Shown one piece after another: positions 7,502 through 14,246 of a stretch of 32,000 bases of DNA. Each line of letters opens with the position of its first letter. The stretch's first letter is position 1. Under the pieces are notes generated by a model, which saw nothing but the letters and a program-made list of their open reading frames with translations, had not been told where the DNA came from and searched no databases. Origin of the DNA: Candidatus Pacearchaeota archaeon. GTDB taxonomy: Archaea; Nanobdellota; Nanobdellia; Pacearchaeales; UBA284. The stretch is taken from assembly GCA_026016245.1 (NCBI GenBank), contig CP061211.1, positions 30,001 to 62,000 on the forward strand, written 5' to 3'. The translations under genes and the position numbers were made by a program.

Positions 7502-10500
7502 ATGCCAAACAGGAAAAACAAAGGTGATATGGCAATAGCATTATTCCTTTCATTTTTGGCAGTAATGATGCCAGTGACCTTTACATCATTACAACCAGAA
7601 TTTACAGAAGAAGGAATAAAACAAAATTCTATCATTGAAACTTTCTCAGAAATAGTCTTATTTTTTGATCTAATTCCAAGTGTAGCTGCTTCTGATTATT
7701 TTGGATGCTGTGAAGAAACAAAAAATAAAGCTAAATGTGTTATAACTCTTGAGAATGAATGTAAGGTTAATAAATGGCATAATGGAACAGCTTGTGATAC
7801 TGTATGCCAGATAGGTTGTTGTATAGATAATGAAGGAATGTGTATTAAAAATTCTATAAATACAGATTGTCAACTTGGAACTTTTATTGTTAAGGATCCA
7901 AGTTGTGAACAGAGTCCTTTATGCAAGGAAGGTTGTTGTACAATTGGTTATCAAAAAAGATGGACAACAAATTTAACTTGTGTTAATGTTTATAATGGTG
8001 TTTGGGATAGTGCTGTTCCTGATTGGTTGACTTGTATTAAACAAGCTTATGAAGAACAGCATGGATGTTGTAAAAGTTATGCTGGTTGTGAGTATATTAC
8101 AGGACAAGAATGCCAGGGCAAATCAGGATATTTTTTCTCAAATATGAAGTGCTATGAGAATATTCCTGGCTGCGAGATTTGTCAATTACAGCCTACTGAA
8201 GGAAAATGTATAGAAGGTTTTCCTGATTTATACAAGACAGATAGTTGTGGGAATGTTTATAGTGATGAAATTAAAAAATATTGTACTGGTGGTTTTTGTA
8301 ATCCTGAGACAAATCAATGTGAATCTGGAGATTGTTTTAATATCTACAAAAATTATGTTGGTGGAGAATTTGGGCCTAAAGAATCTTCAGACAAAGCAAA
8401 AAGTGGTGAGGCTTGGTGTGTTTATGATACTCTTAGTGACTTAGGTAATGGAACAGCACCTGTAGGTTCACGACACTGGAGACGTTATTGTTTATATGGG
8501 CAAGAATATAATGAGCCTTGTGCAGATTACAGACAAGAAGTTTGTATGGGTTTTGGAGAAGGAGGGCAAGCAGAATATGCCAACTGTGCTCCAAATGGAT
8601 GGAGACTATGTGCTAATGTTACATCAAAAAATGAATGTAATGAGAATCCTTTCTGTTTCTGGTGGACAGATTTTGGTGAACAACATGAAGACCTAGGTCT
8701 TGGTAGCGGATTGAAAGATGCAATTGATAAAGTAGGTAATGATAAATGGCGTATTTTTGCTGAAGAAAAAATAGAATCTGGAAAAAGTAAAAGAGAGAAA
8801 GGAGACCCACAAATTTGTTTACCTAAAATACCTCCAGGCTATAGTGAACTTAATCAAGAGCTTGGTTGTGTTGGAGCTGGAAGTTCTATGTGTGTTTATG
8901 AAGAAGCTTGGTGGGGTTTAGATACAGAAAATAAAGAATGTCGTGATGATGAATGGCGTATTACATCTGCACACACATGTAGAAGTGTAGGAGATTGTGG
9001 AACTTGGTTTAATTGGGTTGGAGAGCCTATGTCTGGTTTTAGGATCATAGAAGTTGAAGAAGGAGATGTAGAAAGAGAGAAAAAAGAAATAATGATACCA
9101 CAAGCATATACTGATTTTGTTTCAGAACATATTAAAGGAGTAAAGGGAGCTGGTGGCTTAGGCCTCTTGAATATTTTTGCAGCTGCTTTTGTAGTTTGGG
9201 CTGGAGGTTATTTAGGAGTTGCAGTTTTAGATCTAGTTGGTGTAGACGTTTTTTTCAGTGGTGTACCTTGGGCAATGTTTAGTGTCAGTAAAGGATCATT
9301 AACTACAGCAGGTATAGTGGTTGGATGGTCTATTATAGCTACTGGAGTGATCTTAATTTTATGGTCTTTTTGGATTTCACCAGGAGCAAAACAAGGAGCA
9401 ATGCAATCAATTGGTGCTGGCCTTATTTCAGGAGGTGCTGCTGCTTTAGCAGGATTAACTGCTGTTCCTGCTGTACTTGTTGGCATTGTAATTGCTGGAA
9501 TTGCTGCTCTTTTATACTGGTTAGGTTATAGTAAGGAATTTTATTATCAACAATGTAATCCTTCAATGCCTCCTCTTAATGGAAATGACTGTCATCTTTG
9601 TAATGAAGATTCTGAAAGGCCTTGTTCTAAGTATAGATGTGAGAGTCTAGGAGCTGCCTGTTCATATAATGATACTATAACTGTTGGTGGTAAAACATAC
9701 CAGCTTGCAGATTCTGAATGTATAGCAACAATAAATGATGGTGCTCCTCCTTGGATTACTGAAATAGAGGCTTTTGACATGGAAGGAAGGAGTATCTTCA
9801 AAAGAACAGGATTAGGAACAATGCCTACAACCATCAATATTAATATGGGCGGCCAACCTATTCCTGATGGCACGCAACTTGTAATACAAATAAACTTGAA
9901 TGAAAAAGCATTTTGTATGTGGGATATTGAAAGCACAGCCAACATTGGAGAGATGGACTTCCCTTATCAAAGTTCTGTATTGCGGGATGAGCTAAGACAG
10001 CAATTCCTAGTGAAACAGGCTCTGCCACAATATTATGTAAGATGTGCTGATGTTTATGGCAATGCGAACATTGCAGAATACATTTTCAAATTTTCAACTA
10101 CAACAGGACCAGATTTAACACCACCAGTTATTTTAGGTACAGATAGAGATTATAATCCTTATTTTGGATATAGTGTTACTGAGCTTCCTTTATCTATTTA
10201 TATTAGTGAAGATGCTTTTTGTCGTTGGAACCCAGGACAGGACACTGATTATGAATTAATGTCACAAGAAACAGAATGTGAAACAGATATCACACCGACT
10301 GGATGGGAATGTGAAACAACCCTCACTGGCTTGCAGCCAGATATTGCAAATCCTTTCTATATAAGATGTAAAGACAAAAGTCCTCAAGAAAATGTTATGC
10401 CTAGCGGTTACCTTCTTACATTACTTCCTACACCGCCTTTATTAATCACTTCAATTGATCCAACAGATGGTTCTATAATTAAAGGATGCGAAGTTTCTGG

Positions 10501-11005
10501 TGTAGAACTTGAAGTTACAACTGCTGAAGGAGCAGATAATGGAATAGCTACTTGTTATTGGTCTAATGCTGATATTGGCATTGAACAAGGAATGACTAAA
10601 TTTACTGAAACTAATACTGTTATTCATAGACAGAACCTTTCTGCTATGAGCCAGATTGTTTACATCAAATGTCATGATTCTGCTTTAAATATAGCAAATA
10701 ATAGGACAAGCTTTACTGTAATTGTTGATACTTTCCCACCAAAAATAACTCGTCTTTACAAATCTGGTGGAAGTCTTATTTTAAAGACAGATGAGAATGC
10801 TGTTTGTGCATATCACTATAGTGCTGGCAGAAAAATACATAATTGTAATTTTGATCCTAAGGATACTCTCAGAGCAAGAAGGTTTGATACCACAGGAACT
10901 AAAGAACATAGAGTTTATGATGATGGAGAGCCTTGGCATGTAATATGTTATGATGAGTGTGATAATATTGGACAGTGTTTCGTAATATCTTCAATAGAAT
11001 CTTAA
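7502..11005 (+). CDS. Giant (1167 aa) polytopic surface protein: N-terminal anchor/signal, >40-Cys ectodomain with GCC modules, Gly/Ala-rich 4-helix membrane bundle, C-terminal ectodomain with four tandem Ig-like modules
   Basis: ATG 7502 lies 1 nt after the upstream stop, with GGAGGGG at 7487-7493 (preferred over the ORF-track GTG 7475). N-terminus MPNRKNKGDMAIALFLSFLAVMMPV. Modules FGCCEETKNKAKC, IGCCIDNEGMC, EGCCTIGYQ, HGCCKSYAGC. Hydrophobic block LGLLNIFAAAFVVWAGGYLGVAVL / AGIVVGWSIIATGVILILWSFWI / AMQSIGAGLISGGAAALAGLTAV / PAVLVGIVIAGIAALLYWLGY at nt ~9150-9530. Four C-terminal repeats follow. Confidence 0.85.
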   Translation: MPNRKNKGDMAIALFLSFLAVMMPVTFTSLQPEFTEEGIKQNSIIETFSEIVLFFDLIPSVAASDYFGCCEETKNKAKCVITLENECKVNKWHNGTACDTVCQIGCCIDNEGMCIKNSINTDCQLGTFIVKDPSCEQSPLCKEGCCTIGYQKRWTTNLTCVNVYNGVWDSAVPDWLTCIKQAYEEQHGCCKSYAGCEYITGQECQGKSGYFFSNMKCYENIPGCEICQLQPTEGKCIEGFPDLYKTDSCGNVYSDEIKKYCTGGFCNPETNQCESGDCFNIYKNYVGGEFGPKESSDKAKSGEAWCVYDTLSDLGNGTAPVGSRHWRRYCLYGQEYNEPCADYRQEVCMGFGEGGQAEYANCAPNGWRLCANVTSKNECNENPFCFWWTDFGEQHEDLGLGSGLKDAIDKVGNDKWRIFAEEKIESGKSKREKGDPQICLPKIPPGYSELNQELGCVGAGSSMCVYEEAWWGLDTENKECRDDEWRITSAHTCRSVGDCGTWFNWVGEPMSGFRIIEVEEGDVEREKKEIMIPQAYTDFVSEHIKGVKGAGGLGLLNIFAAAFVVWAGGYLGVAVLDLVGVDVFFSGVPWAMFSVSKGSLTTAGIVVGWSIIATGVILILWSFWISPGAKQGAMQSIGAGLISGGAAALAGLTAVPAVLVGIVIAGIAALLYWLGYSKEFYYQQCNPSMPPLNGNDCHLCNEDSERPCSKYRCESLGAACSYNDTITVGGKTYQLADSECIATINDGAPPWITEIEAFDMEGRSIFKRTGLGTMPTTININMGGQPIPDGTQLVIQINLNEKAFCMWDIESTANIGEMDFPYQSSVLRDELRQQFLVKQALPQYYVRCADVYGNANIAEYIFKFSTTTGPDLTPPVILGTDRDYNPYFGYSVTELPLSIYISEDAFCRWNPGQDTDYELMSQETECETDITPTGWECETTLTGLQPDIANPFYIRCKDKSPQENVMPSGYLLTLLPTPPLLITSIDPTDGSIIKGCEVSGVELEVTTAEGADNGIATCYWSNADIGIEQGMTKFTETNTVIHRQNLSAMSQIVYIKCHDSALNIANNRTSFTVIVDTFPPKITRLYKSGGSLILKTDENAVCAYHYSAGRKIHNCNFDPKDTLRARRFDTTGTKEHRVYDDGEPWHVICYDECDNIGQCFVISSIES
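9737..11002 (+). repeat. Four tandem ~92-125-aa beta-sandwich-like modules in the C-terminal ectodomain of the giant protein
   Basis: Each module opens with x-PP-x-I (APPWITEIE, LTPPVILGT, PTPPLLITS, TFPPKITRL). Each carries a paired-Cys signature C-x-[WY] ... [YH]-[VI]-x-C-x-D: AFCMWD...YVRCADVYGN; AFCRWN...YIRCKDKS; ATCYWS...YIKCHDSA; AVCAYH...HVICYDECDN. Confidence 0.75.
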
Positions 11006-11006
11006 A

Positions 11007-11825
11007 ATGAAAATGAAAAAAAGAAAAGCAGGAAAAAAGAAAAATATTTTTGATATTATTGGTATGAGTTTTAGAAAGTGGTGGTATAATTTTATTATTG
11101 TCTTGCCTTTTGTTTTTAATGCTGTTGCTTCTATTATTGGTATTCTTATTTTATTTTTAATCTTTGGTTTGCTTTTTATGGTAATTTTTGGTTTATCTCC
11201 TTTGGGTTTATTAGGAGATTTAGTTCTTTTAGGACAACTAGAAGGAGTAATTCCTGATTTTTCACCAGGAATTCTTATTTATCTTGCTCTTGTTTTCATT
11301 GTGATGATTTTAGTTCTTGAATTAATTAAGGCGTATTTCTATAGTGGTGGGATTGCCATGGCTTCTGAGATAGTTAGAGGAAAGAAAACAAGTTTAAGAG
11401 TTATGGATAAGAATGGATGGAAATTTTTATGGCGTTTTTGGATTATTGAGATTATTATTGCTCTTGGTGTTATTATCTGGTTATTTATTTTCGCACTGCC
11501 TTTTATTTTTACTCAAGACATATCCTTATTATCTATAATGGGTATAAGTGTCATACCTATGATGTTTGTTTATGTATTTTTCATTCTAGTTGAGTATTTT
11601 CTTGTTCTTGAAGATTTAAGTGTGTGGAAATCTTTTGAAAGAGGCATTTCTATAGTAAAAACTAATTATTGGGCAATGCTCGGTTTAGGTGTTTTATTTT
11701 TATTGATGACAGGTCTTGCTAGTTTTATTCCTTGGATTGGTGGTATCGCAAGTTTGATAATTTTTATTCCTTGCCAGACAATTGCTTTTGTTATTTTTGC
11801 TCTTAAGCGTGCATATCGACGGTAA
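11007..11825 (+). CDS. Polytopic integral membrane protein (at least six hydrophobic segments), translationally coupled to the giant protein
   Basis: ATG 11007 is 1 nt after the stop at 11005. Basic N-terminus MKMKKRKAGKKKN, then long hydrophobic segments (IIVLPFVFNAVASIIGILILFLIFGLLFMVIFGL, ILIYLALVFIVMILVLELI, FWIIEIIIALGVIIWLFIFALPFIF, and others). The family is not recognised with confidence. Confidence 0.75.
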   Translation: MKMKKRKAGKKKNIFDIIGMSFRKWWYNFIIVLPFVFNAVASIIGILILFLIFGLLFMVIFGLSPLGLLGDLVLLGQLEGVIPDFSPGILIYLALVFIVMILVLELIKAYFYSGGIAMASEIVRGKKTSLRVMDKNGWKFLWRFWIIEIIIALGVIIWLFIFALPFIFTQDISLLSIMGISVIPMMFVYVFFILVEYFLVLEDLSVWKSFERGISIVKTNYWAMLGLGVLFLLMTGLASFIPWIGGIASLIIFIPCQTIAFVIFALKRAYRR

Positions 11826-11848
11826 ATAACAGATTTAGAACAATAAAG

Positions 11849-11856
11849 TTTATATA
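11849..11856 (+). promoter_or_regulatory. TATA box for the GTPase/DUF2073/DUF2072 operon
   Basis: AAAG-TTTATATA at 11845-11856. The predicted TSS near 11879 leaves a ~22-nt leader carrying AGGAG (11887-11891). Confidence 0.45.
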
Positions 11857-11900
11857 TTCAAACCAGTTGTTCTTTATAATAAAAAAAGGAGAAGAAAGAT

Positions 11901-12542
11901 ATGCCAATAAAAATAATTAAGAATTTTTTCAAAAGAATATTTTATGGCATGTTTGCTACTAAGAAACATGTTAAATTAGGTTTTTATGGGCCTCCTAATA
12001 GTGGTAAGACTACTCTTGCTAACAGACTTTGTAAGGATTGGTTAGGAGAAGAGCTTGGAAAAACAAGCAGAGTTCCTCATGAGACAAGAGAAATACAGAT
12101 AAAGGAGAAAGTTGAGATAGATTTTAATGGAAAAAAGTTGACTTTTAAGCTAGTTGATACTCCTGGTATTGCCACAAGAATAGATTATGAGGATTTCTTG
12201 CATTATGGCATGAAGGTTAGAGAGGCTAAGAAAAGAGCTAAAGAAGCTACAAGAGGTGTTATCGAGGCTATAAAATGGTTAGATGACATGGATGCTGTCA
12301 TTATTGTTCTTGATACAACTAAAAATCCTTACACCCAGGTTAATATTACTATCATAGGAAATCTTGTTGCAAGGAAAATTCCTGTGCTTATAGTAGCTAA
12401 CAAGATAGATTTGAGAGGAGCAAGAGGAAAGATAAAAAAGATAGAGGCTGCATTCCCAGAATATGATGTTGTTGCTATAAGTGCAAAAAAAGGCAAAAAC
12501 ATGGAAGAGTTTTATGAGAATCTCTTTGCTCTTGTAAAATAA
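11901..12542 (+). CDS. Small archaeal GTP-binding protein, first gene of the GTPase/DUF2073/DUF2072 trio (OapA-like)
   Basis: P-loop GPPNSGKTT (G1), DTPG (G3), NKID (G4), SAK (G5). AGGAG at 11887-11891. Followed in operon order by DUF2073- and DUF2072-type genes. Confidence 0.85.
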   Translation: MPIKIIKNFFKRIFYGMFATKKHVKLGFYGPPNSGKTTLANRLCKDWLGEELGKTSRVPHETREIQIKEKVEIDFNGKKLTFKLVDTPGIATRIDYEDFLHYGMKVREAKKRAKEATRGVIEAIKWLDDMDAVIIVLDTTKNPYTQVNITIIGNLVARKIPVLIVANKIDLRGARGKIKKIEAAFPEYDVVAISAKKGKNMEEFYENLFALVK

Positions 12543-12552
12543 GAAGAAAAAA

Positions 12553-12969
12553 ATGGCAAAGAAAAAAATAAAAACAAGGAGAAGCGATAAAGGGATAACA
12601 ATACAATTCATCCCATATTCAGAAATAGCTTATCTCACTAGCTTTAGACGTGTGAAGAAGTTAGTTGATTTAGCTGTCGAGAACAAGATTTTGCTTGTTC
12701 AGGGAAAGCTTGCTCCTGAAGAGGAAGTTGACTTGATTGAGGAAACAATGAAACATATAGTTAAGAGTAAAAAATCAAAGTTTAGAGGAATTGAGTTAGC
12801 TACATTCTCACCGAGATCAAAAGAATTACCTTTTTTTACTTCAATGAAAGAGAAACTTGCAACAAGTTTATTTGGTGATAGAGATGTTATCACAGTTATT
12901 GGTCCTGCTACAATTGTCCGTGAAATTAAAAAAGATCCCACTAAGATACAACTCCTTTTAAGGAAATAA
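12553..12969 (+). CDS. DUF2073-family archaeal protein (OapB-like)
   Basis: ITIQFIPYSEIAYL...ILLVQGKLAPEEEVDLIEETMKHI...FRGIELATF matches my memory of the DUF2073 core (l.peEE..LIe.TM....F.GIE). It lies 10 nt after the GTPase stop. Confidence 0.7.
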   Translation: MAKKKIKTRRSDKGITIQFIPYSEIAYLTSFRRVKKLVDLAVENKILLVQGKLAPEEEVDLIEETMKHIVKSKKSKFRGIELATFSPRSKELPFFTSMKEKLATSLFGDRDVITVIGPATIVREIKKDPTKIQLLLRK

Positions 12970-12987
12970 TAAAAATAATAATTAAAA

Positions 12988-13419
12988 ATGCCTCATCAAT
13001 GTGTTCGCTGCGGAAGAATCTATGATAGTGCTGCTCCTGAAGTTCTAGAAGGCTGTTCTTGCGGTTCTCATTACTTTTTCTTCTTTAAGGATGAAGACTT
13101 GGCTATGCAAAAGGAAACTGAAAAGCTTACTAGAGATGAAAGAGAAGAGATTGTCAAGGATGTTAGTGAAATAGTCGGGCCAGATATAGAGAAGCCAATA
13201 ATCCTTGATTTAGAAAGTATCAGAGTACAGAAACCAGGAAAGTTTGAGATTGATTTGGTTAGAATCTTCAAGAGAAAACCTATTATATACAAGATAGAGG
13301 AAGGAAAGTATATCATAGATCTTGCATCAACTTTCCAGATGAAATTAAAGGAGAAAAAGATTGAAAAGTTAAAAAAGGTTGAAGTTCCAGAACCTAAAGA
13401 ATCTAAAGAAGAGGATTAA
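12988..13419 (+). CDS. DUF2072-family Zn-ribbon protein (OapC-like)
   Basis: MPHQCVRCGRIYDSAAPEVLEGCSCGSHYFFFF is the characteristic MPHxCxxCG...GC.CG..F N-terminal zinc ribbon. It has a K/E-rich C-terminus. Confidence 0.75.
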   Translation: MPHQCVRCGRIYDSAAPEVLEGCSCGSHYFFFFKDEDLAMQKETEKLTRDEREEIVKDVSEIVGPDIEKPIILDLESIRVQKPGKFEIDLVRIFKRKPIIYKIEEGKYIIDLASTFQMKLKEKKIEKLKKVEVPEPKESKEED

Positions 13420-14180
13420 CCCATATAACTTAGCTTTTTCTTTTCTTTCATTGTCTTTGCTTCTCCAAGTCTCATTAACAAACCCTTTAATTTTTCCTCA
13501 ACTTCTTTTGCCTTCTCTAGTAAAGGTTTGTAATCTATAGTCAAGCCAAGATACTTGTCAAGTGCCTGGATTAATTTTGCTGCTGCTTTGTTGTCTGGTA
13601 ATCCTGTATGAGTCTCAACAAAAAAACATGAGAATGAAACATCTTGAGCTTTCATTAGCAAAGCTCCTGTTACACCTATTATTATTCCTTCCTGTAATGG
13701 TTTTATTTTTGCTTCAATTAATGATTTTCTTTTTTCTTTCTTGTTGCTGTAGAAAAAAACATTAGCGTTTTTGATTTCTTCTGCTGATGCTACTCCTTCT
13801 AAACCAACAATTTCCTTTGCATTAATTTCTTTAGCTAGATCTATTATGGCGTCTGCTAAACGCCATTCTAAACCCTCAACTGGCGTTACTGCCTGCACAA
13901 TTATTATATTTGTCTTTTTATCATAGAATATCTCCAAAGGATAGATAACTTCATTCTTGTGAACAGCTGCTATTGGCATTAATTTATCACTAACTATCCT
14001 GCCTATAGGCTTTGCATTTAGATGCTTGATAATATATTCTGTTGCAATAGTTGAAACAAAACCAAAACCAGGAAATCCTTCAACAATGATAGATCTCTGA
14101 GGTTTTTCTTCTGTAAACTCTATTCTTATTGCCCTACTATCTTGTCTTCTAACTTCTTTTTCCTCTATTGGTTTTTCCAT
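13416..14180 (-). CDS. PAC2-family proteasome assembly chaperone (PbaA/PbaB-like)
   Basis: IIVEGFPGFGFVSTIATEYIIKHLNAKPIGRIVSDKLMPIAAVHKNEVIYPLEIFY matches the PAC2 N-terminal core (veGfpG.G.vg.ia...i..l......g.i.s). GAGGT-AAG-ATG SD (complement of 14184-14188). Confidence 0.75.
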   Translation of the reverse strand: MEKPIEEKEVRRQDSRAIRIEFTEEKPQRSIIVEGFPGFGFVSTIATEYIIKHLNAKPIGRIVSDKLMPIAAVHKNEVIYPLEIFYDKKTNIIIVQAVTPVEGLEWRLADAIIDLAKEINAKEIVGLEGVASAEEIKNANVFFYSNKKEKRKSLIEAKIKPLQEGIIIGVTGALLMKAQDVSFSCFFVETHTGLPDNKAAAKLIQALDKYLGLTIDYKPLLEKAKEVEEKLKGLLMRLGEAKTMKEKKKLSYMG

Positions 14181-14216
14181 CTTACCTCTTTTAATAGAAT
14201 GAAAATGGCAGTTACC

Positions 14217-14224
14217 TTTATAAA
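14217..14224. promoter_or_regulatory. Single palindromic TATA box (TTTATAAA) shared by divergent argS and PAC2 genes
   Basis: The box starts 30 nt upstream of argS ATG 14247 (no SD, so leaderless). On the other strand it starts 44 nt upstream of PAC2 ATG 14180, leaving room for a short leader with GAGGT. Confidence 0.5.
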
Positions 14225-14246
14225 CTTTTTCTACTTATTTTAGATT

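Noticed and set aside
7670-10675. Short antisense or out-of-frame ORFs within the giant 7502-11005 gene (e.g. 9208-9486, 9325-9531, 9592-9945)
   Set aside because: All are fully contained in a 3.5-kb ORF with coherent domain structure. The 9208-9531 pair simply mirrors GC-richer Gly/Ala codons of the TM bundle.
1-11825. Surface-protein island as an integrated virus or mobile element, or as a HAP2/fusexin-type fusogen locus
   Set aside because: There is no integrase, transposase, capsid, terminase, flanking tRNA or direct repeats in view. I cannot see class II fusogen features from sequence alone. The fusogen idea is only worth testing by structure prediction and is not claimed.
11826-13419. 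Possible replication origin next to the OapABC-like trio (by analogy with haloarchaea)
   Set aside because: The window has no orc1/cdc6 gene. I found no long AT-rich unwinding element and no repeated ORB-like inverted repeats in the flanking spacers (11826-11900, 14181-14246). The full contig is needed to settle this.
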